Positions 1-15,835 of a DNA stretch of 64,000 bases are shown here, piece by piece. This DNA comes from the human T2T-CHM13v2.0 reference genome, Homo sapiens. The DNA lies in the NCBI RefSeq assembly GCF_009914755.1, contig NC_060929.1. One strand, 5' to 3'. Within the stretch, counting starts at the first letter, position 1. Every line of letters starts with the position of its first letter. The notes below the pieces were generated by a model that saw nothing but the letters and a program-made list of their open reading frames with translations, did not search any database and was not told the origin of the DNA. The position numbers and the translations under genes were made by a program.

Positions 1-754
1 TTGCATTAGGAAACAACTAGTGAATTACATATAGTGCAACTTAGGACAAAGATGTCTTCTTTAAAAAGTGAATTAACTTAAAGAAAAATATTAAATACAG
101 GAATTGCAAAGACATGGCAAAAACAATGAGACACAGAACCGAAGTGTGAGAACCCCATAGGGAATTCTAGGCATGCATATGTGAGGTGAGATAAAGCAGG
201 AACATGCCGGTTTCCATTGTAGCCCCTTCTATAGTAGACTGTAGTAGACCTGTCAACTCCAGACTAGAAGATTGCCCATGGTGTTTATTCTAAAGTCCTT
301 GACAGTGTCTTGCTGCCTCTTACTCAGTGTGTGTATTTGAGGAACACAAACTTGTTTTTAATATTAACCAAGCAAATAATTTAAGGTAACACTTGTGGAA
401 AAAATCACACTCCTATAAGCCAAAAATGGCTTTGATGATTAGCTACTATCCTGGGTGATTCATGCCCATTTTCTCCTCTGTTAGGTTGAATAATTGCATT
501 GATTAGCTCTGAATTAACTGCATTCTTGATCACTTATGCTGACAGGTGCTGGTACTTAAATTTCAGATTTTAACTTTTGAGTCATGCTACTCGAATTACA
601 TTTGAATCATATTATTTGAAGTATATTTAGGTGCAATTATGAAAACTAAGGATTATGGCTTCTTAGAAGGCAGCATGAAATTGACAAATTTAAAAACTAA
701 TCAGCTAATAAGACTTCCACTCTCACTAACCCATATTTTCTTTGGCTGTTCTAG

Positions 755-848
755 ATGACTGAGAAGACTGTTAAAGCAAAAAGCTCTGTTCCTGCCTCAG
801 ATGATGCCTATCCAGAAATAGAAAAATTCTTTCCCTTCAATCCTCTAG
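755..848 (+). CDS. PTTG1: PTTG1 (securin) internal coding exon (exon 4), [31 protein letters not shown]
   Basis: Preceded by pyrimidine tract + AG (753-754) and followed by GT (849). The 94-nt exon translates to recognisable human securin sequence and ends in phase 1, joining the next exon as G|AC = Asp. Confidence 0.97.
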
Positions 849-2565
849 GTAGTATCTTTTGCAATTGCGAAAAGTGCTTTTGGCCTTTAGTTTCTTAGTA
901 TTCAGCTCAGCTGTAACTTGTTATGAATATAATATATGACCAAAAACTATGATGAGACTGTCTGAATCTGGGTTGCTTTGGACAAGTGTACTTGTTGATG
1001 GAATTATTTGCAAGGTATCATCTTAGGTCAGGAGGGGAATAGGAACAAAGATGTAGAAGACATTGTTCCTGTCTGTAAAAGCTTATCACCTAGAGGAGGT
1101 AAGATGTATTCATGAACATTGAATAAGTCCCATTGTGGACAGTCTTTCTCACAAGGCTTTTAGAAGTGAGCTTTATGTCAAGTTGAGCAATGCCTGAGAG
1201 TAATTTGGTAGGATTATTTCTTTGGTTTGAAAAATCTACATAAGACAGTGAAGACGTGTTTTTCAAATTTCTTCAACCTGCTACATGTATCTGAAGTATT
1301 TTCTGTTTTGGAAACAGCTTTTCAAGCTTTAATTTACTCAACCATTTCAGGAGAAGCTACTGTGTGTCAGGCATCCTTAGGTCCTGGACACACTGTTTAA
1401 CAAGATGGGCCCTGCCTATGGGAGCCCATAATTTGAAGGGAAAGTCAGATGCTGGACAAGTCATCTCACTGTGAGTGAGCCAGAAAAAACAGCATTGTAG
1501 GTCAAAGTGGTGCAAAGATCGTGAGGTAGGAAAAGAGACTAAAGTGGTTCTAGGAAAAATACAGGCAGGGTAAAGGAGGATACAGGTGAGGTGTGGGATC
1601 AGATCAGGGAGGGCCTTACGGATTTCTGAGCTGGATCTTTTACCCTTTTATTTAGCCAAAGAGGTCATGTAGTTATTTTACTAATTTGCATTCAGATTGT
1701 TCTGGCTTTTAGAAACTACAAACATTTCTATGATTAGTATTCTTGAAATGATCTTGTTGTAAGTTTGTGAGTACATCTGGAGGGAAACTTTGAGAAGGAT
1801 TGCTGAGTTCAAGGGCTTGTGTGATTAAGTTTTAAAATTATAAAATGTGGTGCATCCGTGCTAATAATTACCATTCAGCCATTGAGGAAAATGAGGTAGA
1901 TTTATGCATATTGATGAAGAATGAAGACCACAATATCCTGTGTTACAGGAAAGAGATATTGCTAAGTGGCCCTTCAAAATAGTGTAAATTGTTAAATCCG
2001 TCTACAGTGGATGAAGATGTCTGCTTCCTCCAGGTTCACTATCAATGTTTTAAAACTCTAATCTTTATCAGAAAAGAAATATTTCATTGTTTTAAATTTG
2101 TTGTGTGTATGGTGAACATATTTGATTATTGGCCACTTACAGTTTTTCTTTTTTTATTAACTTCCGGTTTGTGTTTTTCTTTGATTAAAGAGCTCTTTGT
2201 AGATAAAATTAGCTCCCCTTATATTGCAAACTTCTTTCCTCTGGAGTCTTCTGTCTATGGTTTCCTTTACAATTCAGTGGTTTTAAGTTAAATAGTCACA
2301 TATCATTCAATTCCTTTTTGACTTCTGGGTTTTACCAGGCTTGTAAAAGAGCAGACTAATTCTTGAGTACTTAGGCTTTAGAGAACTTTCACACCTACGG
2401 ACAAAGATAAGGAAAACCATGATTTTCTAATCTTTTGAGAAAACAGCTCCTTGAAGAAAATTCAGTGTTAAATCCTACTTTTGTTACTGTACAGAAAAAT
2501 CACTTTTTAAAAATAATTGCTAAGAAGTAAGGTACTTGGATTTTAAGAATGAATGTTACCTAACA

Positions 2566-4200
<1,635 letters not shown>

Positions 4201-4232
4201 GCCCTGACAAAAACGCTTTCTCTCTGTAACAG

Positions 4233-4391
4233 ACTTTGAGAGTTTTGACCTGCCTGAAGAGCACCAGATTGCGCACCTCCCCTTGAGTGGAGTGCCTCTC
4301 ATGATCCTTGACGAGGAGAGAGAGCTTGAAAAGCTGTTTCAGCTGGGCCCCCCTTCACCTGTGAAGATGCCCTCTCCACCATGGGAATCCA
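4233..4391 (+). CDS. PTTG1: PTTG1 coding exon 5, (D)[52 protein letters not shown]
   Basis: AG at 4231-4232, GTAAGT donor at 4392. 159 nt, phase consistent with both neighbours. Encodes the securin proline-rich PxxP region with the CDK-type SP site. Confidence 0.97.
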
Positions 4392-5119
4392 GTAAGTGAG
4401 CAAGTGCCCTTCTGGAAGGGCTGCAAACAATTTGTTTCATAACACTTCCATTACCATGGGAAGAGTTGTGCGGGAGATGAGCCTGTGAGTAATTTCTGTC
4501 CTTCAAATGACAAGGATTAGTTTTCAGAAAAATAAACTATTCTCGATTAATATTGCTTTTCAGTCCCAAATGCCCCAGTAAAATTGTTATTCTGGAAACT
4601 GGATAGTCTTACTACAGCCAAAAGATTAATTCTCACTTACATCTTCTTAGGCTATAAGTTGAAGCATATATAATAAACTTGCTTGGAATGATGATTCCAT
4701 GTTATATCCAAAGCTAATATAAGATCAAAACACCTGTGCTGTAGCATAGACTGACAATAACTTCTTACTGCAGAAGGTCTGAGGTCTTCGTTTGAACTGG
4801 TAGTCAAAGCCAACATTATGTTTTCTGTTTGTTCTGATGTGGGATAATTTGTCCTAATAAGTTACATTAGTGAGACTGTTAACTCTTACTTTGGTCTCTA
4901 AGAACAATAGAGATTCAGATACTTCTAAAACTTACTTCCTAATGAAAGTCAATTCTGGGGCCACAGACACATTCCAAAAAATGTGTCAGGAGGGGATGCA
5001 GGTGATTGATTTGACAAAGGGAAAAACATGAATTTTTGATTGACAGCTAATGTCTATGTTGATATGGACAATGACTCAAGGATTTGCAGAAATTTTAATA
5101 AGAGATTCCTGTTTTCTAG

Positions 5120-5199
5120 ATCTGTTGCAGTCTCCTTCAAGCATTCTGTCGACCCTGGATGTTGAATTGCCACCTGTTTGCTGTGACATAGATATTTAA
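5120..5199 (+). CDS. PTTG1: PTTG1 last coding exon (exon 6), (N)[25 protein letters not shown]
   Basis: TTTTCTAG acceptor ending 5119; A|AT = Asn across the junction; TAA at 5197-5199. The C-terminus CCDIDI matches securin. Confidence 0.97.
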
Positions 5200-5224
5200 A
5201 TTTCTTAGTGCTTCAGAGTTTGTG

Positions 5225-5260
5225 TGTATTTGTATTAATAAAGCATTCTTTAACAGATTC
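5225..5260 (+). terminator. PTTG1: PTTG1 polyadenylation signal (AATAAA 5237-5242) with upstream TGTA elements; 3'UTR about 60 nt
   Basis: AATAAA ~38 nt after the stop codon, TGTA at 5225 and 5231, GT-rich sequence downstream. Confidence 0.85.
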
Positions 5261-6588
5261 TTCCTAGTATTGTGGTTGCTTTTCCATGGAGGTTACTTAA
5301 AATAACATGAAAGCTAGCTGAGGTGTTTAACAAAGAGTCTATAATGTGACAATAGAGATTTGTCTGATGTCTAAAAACTTAAATCTTTTTGGTTTAACAG
5401 CTTATTTTAGAAGCTGCCACTGTTTTTTCCTGAAAAGTATACCCCTCAATGTGTACTTTATTGACTTTTTGTGGCCATTAACTAGTGACAGTTATTAGAT
5501 CTCTTAATTAGAAGAGCTACTTCCAACTCATTAAGTATCTATTGCTGGGCATTCTTTATTGCCGGTTCTACTTAGTTTCTAATGACTTTAATACTCAGTA
5601 TTGAAAGGCTCTAAATCTGAGAATTCAGCCTCCTTGGGATCTTCAATTAGATTCCTTAAAGATCACTGGAGATAATTTACTGATAGTAAGGTCTACACTC
5701 CACCTATAGGAAACTGTATTTAGTTGTTTACCTTGTGTTGGACATGAGTATTTGAGAAGCATTATTATGTTTAATGTTTGACACTTTCCCAGGTAAGACA
5801 ATGAAGCGCAGAAGTTCATTGATTTGTCAAAGATGTGAAGAGCTAGAAAATTATTAGAGCTGGTATTTTGATCTCAGTTCTGAGGTTGGAATCAAAATAG
5901 AGATGGCAAATGGTTGCTCATAGGTTTTCTTTTTGAGGGAGGGGGTGGATATTTTAAAAACCTTAATCATTTCCACTATTTAAAATTCCAGTGTTTCACC
6001 AATCTGGCTTTGGAGATTCTCTTGAAAAGAGATGTGTCCGTAGTAGACCCTGTTTCCAACACTTGCTGGGGCTGGAGGTAGATTGCAGGCTGCTGCCTTT
6101 TAGGTGGAGTATAGGCTTTCTATCCCACAGACCCTGCCTTAAATGGCCTCAGTGAGAACTGAAGTGATCCTTTTACCTTTCATGTCTCTTCTGAGACCTA
6201 GCCTACTTAACTCACTTTACTCGCTTGGGCCATGTAGTAACCTGAATTTGACCCTTGCTTGATGCTAAGTTATATAAGAAGTCTTTCCCTTGATATATCA
6301 GTAGCTTCTATGGTCAAGTTAGAATGTGAACACTTTGCCATTGTCATTGGAGGAAGCTGAAGGATATTAGGCATGAAATACTAAGAACACCTACAACCGC
6401 TTATCCTGACTTTAAAACTTTTTACCTTCTAAATACAACTGAATCAGTGTGACTTTCTGGAATTAGTGGAAAGGCAGACTTCTAGGAGAAGATAATACCA
6501 TAAGACTACTAGGGCACTTGGCTTTAGGGGAGAGTAATAGGTTTAGCATCCTCAGGTAAAATAGGGCTGCTAAGAAAACCAAAGTATA

Positions 6589-6908
6589 GGTTGGACACAG
6601 TGGCTCACACCAGTAATCCCAGCACTTGAGAGTTTGAGGTGGGAGGACTGCTTGATCCCAGGAGCTTGGGTTCAACCTGGGCCATGTAGTGAGACCCTTG
6701 TCTCTCAAAAATTAAAAATAATTAGCCGGGTGTGGTGGCGCATGCCTGTAGTCCTAGTTTCAGGAGGTTGAGGCAGGAGGATTGCTTGAGCCCAGGAGTT
6801 CAAGCTTACAACTTGAGTGGCTATAGTCATGCCACTGGGTGGTAAAGTGGGTGGTAGAGTAGCCTGGGTGGTAGAGTGAGATGCTGTCTCACAAAAACAA
6901 CAAAAAAA
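6589..6908 (+). mobile_element. Alu (AluJ-type)
   Basis: Diverged dimeric Alu with A-rich tail and approximate TSD AAAA.CAAAGT.TA. Confidence 0.9.
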
Positions 6909-7379
6909 GCAAAGTGTAGTTCTGAATGGCTTTCATACTCTGCAACACAAACTGAAGCTTTGGAAAATTGTCTTTTGTGGTAGAGGGAACCAAGGGCTGG
7001 GAGCAAGGGGACTAGTCAGTCCCTTACCAGTTAATTGCCGTCCTCTGGGTCAGAACTGAGTATAGAGGGATCTGATCTTTTCATCTGCTGTTAATCAGAT
7101 TGCAATGTGCATAATGTGTGCTGAGACTGAGAACTTTAAGCAGATGCTCCTCCATTAATACAGATAATTTGCATCTTGTGGGGGTTGTTGCTATTTTGTT
7201 CTGACACTTTTTGAAATAAGACAGACTTTATTCATACCTTTACAACTCTGTAAACCTTCTGCATTTCTCTACACTACCTCTGAGCCTGCCTCTCAGGATA
7301 CTGTACCTTCTTATAGTAGGAGCTAACAGTCAGGAATGCCATTATCTTGCTACCATTTCTTCTTTCTTATTACAAGTTG

Positions 7380-8425
<1,046 letters not shown>

Positions 8426-11274
8426 TTTTTTTTTTTTTTGAGGTAACATTCACATAAGAAAATTCATTTAAAAATGTACAATTCAGTGGCTTTTAGTTCA
8501 GAGTATATGCAACTATCACCACTGTCTAATTTCAGAACACTTTCATCACCCCCAAAAATAAACCCATGCTCATCAAGCACTCATTCCCCACTTCATTTAC
8601 TTTGGAATGATGTCCCTCTGCCACCAGGATGAAGTCTGAGTTGCTCAGTGTGGCTCACACGGCCTTGTGGTGGCTCCTTGGGGGTGTAATTTCCTGTCCT
8701 GATTCACCTGGCCAAACCTGTCCATCTCTAGTACTCCAATGAGATGCTTTTCTTACCAGAAGCCTTTGCACTTACCATGCTCGGCTGTGTCTGGTCCTCT
8801 CCTCCGCTCTACTGGGAGCAGGATGAGGTGTGTCCTGTGCACTGGTGTATTCTCTGCCTGGCATGTGGCAGGTGCTCAGGGACTTGCTGAAATGAGTAAA
8901 GATGTCATCAGTCCCTGGGGATCCAGGTTTCTAGAGACCCAGCGACTGCACTGTACCCACTGTTAGCATCACACGGTATCAGGGCCAGGGAGCCTGACTT
9001 CAAGGTTTCCAGAGAGAGAGTGGTGGGGGCAGGCACAGGTCTAGGAGGTCAGCTTCTCCTACCCTAGACAGTTCCTGGTCACCTGTCTGTCTGTGCCCCA
9101 CCAAGCCCAGGTATAACCTGTTTACTGAGAAGCTCCAGCTCTGCTGGGGAAACATAAACTGAGTTTCTTTCTTTTTTTATTGCCACCAACTGTGTTTTGT
9201 TGACCTGTTCTCCTTTCCTCCTTTCTGGGTGGTGGGTGATGCTGAGCAGCATTCAGACAGATTTCATAGCTTTCCAGTTACTTTTGGTTAAAATTAAACT
9301 TTGCTTATTTTAAAACTTGAGGTTCACACCTATTTCAGGCTCTTCTCCCTCTCCCCTAGTACAGGCGAGGGCTTGGCAAAAGCCCATGTGTATGCTCTGC
9401 TCACCACACATGTCCCTTCTCCCCTTCCGGTGTTATGACCCTCGTAGGGGCTTAGTCCAGCCCCAAGCCTGGGAGGACGGCTGGAGGGAGAAAAGAGTCT
9501 GCTCGTGTGACAGGCCACTTGTTGGTTATGGGAAGTGTGCTGGCTTCGTTCTGGCTGTTGTGCTCTGCACGATGCTGGTGGCCTCTGCTCATGGGGAGGT
9601 CCTTGTGTAGAGAATCACCCTCTTCTCCACGGCTGAAAACCCTGTCCCTCCTGAGAATGGCAGCCTGCCTCTCTTCCCACACCTTTCCCAGGTGGGCCCT
9701 TCTATTCCTTGGTCCAGGGGCTGTCCAAGGCCTCTGCCCTTCCATGATTAACCACTGGGGTCTTTTCCATCCCCTTTGAGGGCTGCAGAACCAGGATGGG
9801 GTGAAGGTTTCCCTGCAGGCCTGGGTACTCCAGCAGGTCCCCACCGTGAGAAATCTCTGGACCAGGAGCAGGTGCCAATCTTTAAGTTGCAGTGAGTCTC
9901 TACATGCCGATGATCCTCTCCTCCCCGCAGTGCAGTGAGAAGGCTGAAAAGGACAATAAATACTCCCAGAATGCTCTCTCAAGAGCCCTCTCTCTCACCA
10001 GTCTTGGTTCTGTTGGTGGCACCAGCATAGGCTTACCTATTTCTCCTGCAACTCAGCAGGTGTGTGTCTGGGGGTGAGAGGCCATTCTCCCCTTCCTGAA
10101 GATTCCTATCTTTATGTGTTCATTTAAAGCTTTTCATGACTGCAGGTAGGAGAGGAACACCTCTCCCACCACGGACACAGCTTTTCTCTGCAGACATCCC
10201 CAAAGCGGGCCACCTCATCTATCAGGCCTCTTTCTGCTCCTGATGGTTGATGCTCCTAGGACTGGCATCTCTTGGCAAGCCCAGAGCTAACTTTAGAATA
10301 TGCTACACTCAGTGGCTTTTGGGGACTTTAGCTGCATGTTTTCAAGCAACAGGAACAATCAAACAGCAGATCTGTCTCTCCTTTCCAGCCAGAGTGAACT
10401 TGGACATGGGTCTTGTTTATCCTTGCAGTCTCCAAGTCCAGTGTCTTGCCTGGAGTAGACGAATGATCAGTTTGTGGAACTGAATCACGGCAGGAAGAAT
10501 GAGTGCAAAGAGGCTCCCTTTGGCTCTGTGTGCACAGGCTCCTGGGAGGATTTGTGCCTACACTCCCTTCTGAAGAGGCCTCTTTTTCCTACAAGAGGAG
10601 CCTGGGACTGATGAGCCATTTCTCTTTTCAGATCACATAGTGGAACAGACCGCAGGCCCCACCTTCCTCCGCTGCCCGAGGAGTGGGAGTGGGTTTCCAT
10701 GGCAATGGCACGCACCAGCGCTCACCTCCGCTTTGCAGCCCTGCTGCAGAGGTGAGAGCTGCCTGCCTTTGGTATGCTGCTCAGAGCCCAAGCCAGGCTG
10801 GCTCCTGGCTTCCTGCAGTCTTGCAGGGAGGGACACCAGAAAGGACAGCAGTGTAGGGACGCTAGCCCAGAGGTATAAGTCAGGGGCAGGTCACATGACT
10901 AAGAAGCATCTTCATCTTACTGGAAAGATGAAAAGTTAGTTGAGTATGATGTTCTGTATTACTAGTTGGAAAACTGGGCATGTGACTAGAGCCGTACAAC
11001 ACATCGTATTTCAGTCTTGTAGTTGGAGGCAGAGAGGGTGGTATGTGAGATGCCACAGGGGAGAGAGGGAAAGGCAGGCATGGATTCATACCTTGAAAAA
11101 GAGACAGAGAAAGAAGGGGGACCTAAGAAAGCAGCAAACACAAAACTACATGGTGCTTGGTGCCTACCGGGTACTCAGACACAGGGCTGTTGAGTTTTAT
11201 GGGAGGGTTGTGTTCCTGAAGACCTTGTATAATTACCATAAATTAATGTAATTTAAGACTAATCCTGACATGGA

Positions 11275-11675
11275 TGTTATATTTGTGTGCTAGGGCTGCC
11301 ATAACAGAATACCATAGACTGAGGGAGCTGAAACAATGGACATTTATTTTCTTACGATTCTGGAGGCTGGAAGTCCATGGCCGAGGTGTGGCAGGGTTGG
11401 TTCCTTCTGAGGGCTCTCTTTTTCTATTGTAGTCATGTCCCTGGCTTCTCACTGTGTCCTCTCACGGTCTTTGCTCTGTGTTGCCTGTGTCCTAATCTCC
11501 CCTTCTCCTAAGGGCATCAGTTAGATTGGATTAGGGCCCACCCAGATGACCCTGTTTTAACTTGATTAACTCTTTACTGGCCCCATCTCCAAATACAGTC
11601 ATATTCTGAGGTGCTGGGGGTGAGGACTTCAGCATATGAATTTTGAGGTGGTGGGGAGGGACACAATTTATAACA
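11275..11675 (-). mobile_element. MaLR LTR (MLT1-type)
   Basis: GGGCTGCCATAACA.AATACCA.AGACTG...TTCTGGAGGCTGGAAGTCC...GATTAGGGCCCACCC MLT1 motifs. Confidence 0.75.
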
Positions 11676-11889
11676 AGTATCAAGTGTTTCTGTTACAGAA
11701 GCAAAGTTATATGGCAAAAGTATAAACATTAATTTAAAACCCAATAAAAGTGAAATTAGATGATTCTTGATAAATTCTAAAATGATAGATTTAAAATTTT
11801 ATGTAGAAGTGAGATTTAGTGATCCTTTTTATTGTTCAGATCTGCATAATCCAATTTTCCTCATGCAAAAAGAAAAAAAAATCAACTGA

Positions 11890-12850
11890 ATGGCCACTAT
11901 GAGCCAGGCACTCTTCTAGGTACCAAGGATACTGCACTGAACAAAACAGACAAAAATCTCTGCCCTCCTTATGAAACTTACATTGTAGCCAGAAGAAACA
12001 GACTATCTACAAAATAGTCAATTACATGGTATGCTAGAAAGTGATAGGTGTAGTGGAAAAAAATAAAGTGGGAAGGGGGTATGTCCTGTGGGTGAATGGG
12101 TAGGTGGAGGAATTGCAATGTTAAATAGAGAAGTTTTGGAGGGCCTCATTGAGAAGCTACTTTTGAACAGAGATTTGAAGGAAGTGAGAGAGATACCCAG
12201 AGGACATCCAGGGCTGTATCTATCAAGGAAGCCAGAGAACATTTACAAAGGCACTGACGTAGGAATGGATTTAGTATGTTTGAGGAATTGCAAAAAGGTC
12301 AGCAGGGCTGGAGGGTAGTGAGTGATAGGGAGAGGGTTAGGAGACAGGGCCAGAGAAGTAGGCAGAGGTTGTATCATGGAGGATCTTAGGGGCTGTGAAA
12401 ATGAGTTTGGATTTTAAGTGTATGTCCCTGAAAGACCAAAAGAAGGAGGCAGAGTAATGTTGAGCTGGGAAGATGGAGAGTGGGGTGCTTGAAGATCAGA
12501 TAATCAGTTATGGAGTGTTTGAAGTTTTTCTTAGTGACAATGTCTAGGAGATGACCATGGGACTGGGTGGTTGAGGTAGATGGAAGACAAGCTCATTGGA
12601 GAATTGCCAAGGAATTCAGAGGACAGTAAGTTGGAAGGCATAGACAGAACAAAGGAGCAGTAGTAAAGAGAATGGCAGTGAGCTACGGACAAAATCTTTA
12701 AGGCGGGGTGGGGAGAAGGGAATGACACAGGTGTTTGCAATGAGATAAGCAATGGATGGGCCTATTTGATGATATAAGATTCCAAGCTGCAGTTTGAGGG
12801 TAGAGGGAGAGAGTGTGGTCTGGAGGCAACAGCGAGGATACAAGAGGACA
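11890..12850. mobile_element. L2 LINE fragments
   Basis: ACTATGAGCCAGGCACT.TTCTAGG..C...GATAC...TGAACAAAACAGACAAAAATC.CTGCCCTC L2 3'-end motif followed by purine-rich L2 body. Confidence 0.65.
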
Positions 12851-13155
12851 CTATCCCATCCCCCTACTGTCGTACTGGGGAATGGGGTGGAACAGGGGTC
12901 CCCTCTTCACTGATGCTGATGGGAAGGCCACATGAGGGTTGGTGACCAGGGAGGGATGGCAGCCAGGGGAGCCCCACTCTAGATGTGAAATATGATGTCT
13001 TTTAGGATACTGCTATTCATGACTCATTTACATATTTTAATAAAACACAATTGGGAGTATCACTTCTTGACACTGGGCTTCTTAGTCTAGGCGAAATTGA
13101 GTGAGAATTTTTAGAAAGTTCTTTTCCCTAGAAATGGAATAATAGGAATGAATAG

Positions 13156-13527
13156 TGATATGGTTTGGCTGTGTCCCTACCAGAATCTCATCTTGAATTG
13201 TAGTTCCCATAATCCCCACGTATGGTAGGAGGGGCCCGGTGGGAGGTAATTGAATCATGGGGGTGGTTACCTCCACGCTGTTCTCATGATAGTGAGTTCT
13301 CACAAGATCTGATGGTTTTATAAGGGGCTTTTCCCCACCTTCGCTCTGCACTTCTCCTTGCTGCCACCACGTGAAGAAGGATGTGTTTGCTTCCCCTTCC
13401 TTCATGATTGTAAATTTCCTGAGGTCTCCCCAGCCCTGCAGAACTGTGAGTCAATTAAACCTCTTTCGTTTATACATTAACCAGTTTTGGGTATTTCTCC
13501 ATAGCAGTGTGAGAACAGACTAATACA
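13156..13527 (+). mobile_element. THE1 solo LTR (ERVL-MaLR) with 5-bp TSD AATAG
   Basis: TGATATGGTTTGGCTGTGTCC start and CAGACTAATACA end; AATAG at 13151-13155 and 13528-13532. Confidence 0.93.
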
Positions 13528-13844
13528 AATAGTTTATGCTCCTTGGTCTTTATATAGAGGCATCTAGGATTAAAGCAGAGACCCTCTTTATTGCTTGAAG
13601 GATTCTGTTTTGGGACTCATCATTGCCCTGATGGCTGGCTGCATCCGGAACACAGAGGAAGAAAGAGTTGCCTTCAAGGACATGCCATTTCCAGGAAAAG
13701 AGCAAGAATGTAAAAAATAAAGAGGTTGAAATGAGTTTATGAAGTTACTAAGAACATTACAAGTGGAATGAACTCCCTGGAGATGTGACTCTCAGGAGGG
13801 CAGAGCCCTTTGTTCACTTGCCCTATGGACAGCATATTGTACAT

Positions 13845-14482
13845 CAGTGCTTCCAAAAGGGTGCCTAGACATACCAGGGGTCCCCAAGACCTTTTAGGGG
13901 TACATGACATCAAATATATTTTAATAATAGTGCCAGGATGTTATTTGCCTTTTAAATTTCCATTCTTTCACAAGTGTACAGTGGAGTTTTCCAGAAGCTA
14001 CTCCAAGTATGGTATTATAGCAGAGCAAATGAAGAAGTAGATGTGAGAAATCAGCTGTCTTAAGCCAGATAGTAGAGATTTTCAGAAATGTAAAACAATG
14101 TCATGTTAATTTTCTAAATGTGGGTGTTTTTTGGTTTAGGAAAATAGTTACTTTTTATAAAAATATATTAATTATGTTATAATTAATTGCTTTATTGTGA
14201 TAATGTTTAAATAAATATATTTTAAATTCCTCAGCTTTAATTTCTAAAACTGTAAATATTGATAGGTATAATCCTTATAAACAAAAACTCTTTTTCATCC
14301 TTAATAATTTCTTTAAGAGTGTAAAGGAAGCCAGGCAAGGTGGCTTGCATCTATAATCCCAGTGCTTTGGGAGGCTGAAGTGGGAGGATTGCTTGAGCAT
14401 AGTAAAACACCATCTCCACAAACAGCAACAACAAAACCCAGACTGTAAAGGAATCCTGAGACCAAACAGTTTGAGAACTGCA
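13845..14482 (+). mobile_element. Internally deleted Charlie1-family transposon with an inserted Alu monomer (~14328-14440)
   Basis: 5' end GGGGTCCCCAAGACCTTTTAGGGGT and 3' end CTGTAAAGGAATCCTGAGACCAAACAGTTTGAGAAC; FLAM/FRAM-like GCCAGGCAAGGTGGCTTGCATCTATAATCCCAG inside. Confidence 0.65.
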
Positions 14483-15058
14483 TGTCTAGTGGATAAGCAC
14501 CGAGGCTCTGGAGTTAGTATGCTTGGTTTGAAACCTGGCTTTGTGATCTTAGGCAAGTTACTTGACCAGAGACTTAATTTCCTTATCAGTAAACTAGGCT
14601 ATGTCACAGTTATTGTGAGCAACAAATGAAATAATGCATTATTCATTATTTCATAAACGATCATTTCATGAATATTTCATCAAGTAATTTATTGAATACT
14701 GTATCTATGTATACAAAACCCTGTGGTTGCTGCTTTGAAGGATGTAAAATGACACAAGCCACAGCTCCCACTAGCAAGAGGTTTGCTGTCAAGGGTGAGA
14801 TTTCTGGATTTGTAGTTAGCACCTTTGGGTTCAGTTCCCAGTTCCACCCTTGACCAGCTGATCTGACTTTCAGCATGCCACTTGCCGTTGGCTAAGGCCA
14901 GATCCTGAAGGCATCTTCGATGGTCCACAGAGCAGACAGTAAATTCCCACTTGCATCTTTGAAGCATCACTGCCTCCTGCCTCAGTTTAACAATTGGTTT
15001 TGTCCTTCCCTTTGAAAATGAACTGCACTACCTTTCCTCCCAAGCTAATGTAACCATG

Positions 15059-15072
15059 CCACTAGAGGGCAC
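15059..15072 (+). promoter_or_regulatory. CTCF motif CCACTAGAGGGCAC
   Basis: Matches the CTCF core consensus CCASYAGRKGGCRS. Confidence 0.7.
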
Positions 15073-15821
15073 CTCCTGCCTTCTCAGTCAGTCGCAGCTT
15101 CCTCTAATTTGGAAATGATCTTTCAGCTGAGATGGGTGGTACGTTGGGGTTCGATGTCTTTAGGATTCCTCAGCTTGATGGATGTGGTAAGTTTTGTCCG
15201 AAAATCCTGATTGTTTTTTGCTTTTTCCTTTTTTCTTGTTTTTTTCTTTTACATCAGACCTCTTTTAATAAAACTGGGGTGGAGAGGTTGGTGGAAGGGA
15301 GGGCGCTGTTACCACCGCCACCTGACATTGATAAGTACTTACTGGCTGCCAGATCAGTGCTAAGTGCCTCACACGCATCGTCCTTTGGACTCTCAGAGAA
15401 ACGCCATGGGGTGTGGGTATGCGTGAGCATTCATTATTGATGGTTGGAAACTTGGGCTCTGATTGGTTAAGTAACTTTTGCAACATCCAGCTAGAAGGCA
15501 CACTTGGTACCACGAAGCGGTCTCCATAGAAGCTGGCCTCACCTGGCTGTTAAGTCAAGCAGGGAGCGGCGGGTCTTGCTGCTCTAGGACAGTAGTTCTC
15601 AGCCTTATCAGACATAAAAGCCCCTTTCTGTATGAAACATTTCGTAACACCTCCTGTACTACCCTGAAGTGATATCCACAGGCAGTGTGTGCCTATGCTT
15701 ACATGTCCGCTTACATACAATGCAAAGGAAACCTTCTCCTTTTAGGAAAGTATGTCTTACAAGTATTAGGCTTGTCTATCTACACCAGAGGACAAAGGTG
15801 CCGGGCTAATTTCGAAACTGC

Positions 15822-15835
15822 CCACCAGGGGGCGG
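15822..15835 (+). promoter_or_regulatory. CTCF motif CCACCAGGGGGCGG
   Basis: Matches the CTCF core consensus, same orientation as the 15059 site, in a CpG-enriched patch. Confidence 0.7.

Noticed and set aside
5785-5800. Donor-like CAG|GTAAGA downstream of PTTG1 suggesting read-through splicing
   Set aside because: It lies after the poly(A) site with no supported acceptor; such motifs are common by chance.
9317-10939. Cluster of overlapping ORFs in GC-richer unique DNA
   Set aside because: No recognisable protein, ORFs occur on both strands, and there is no coherent exon structure.
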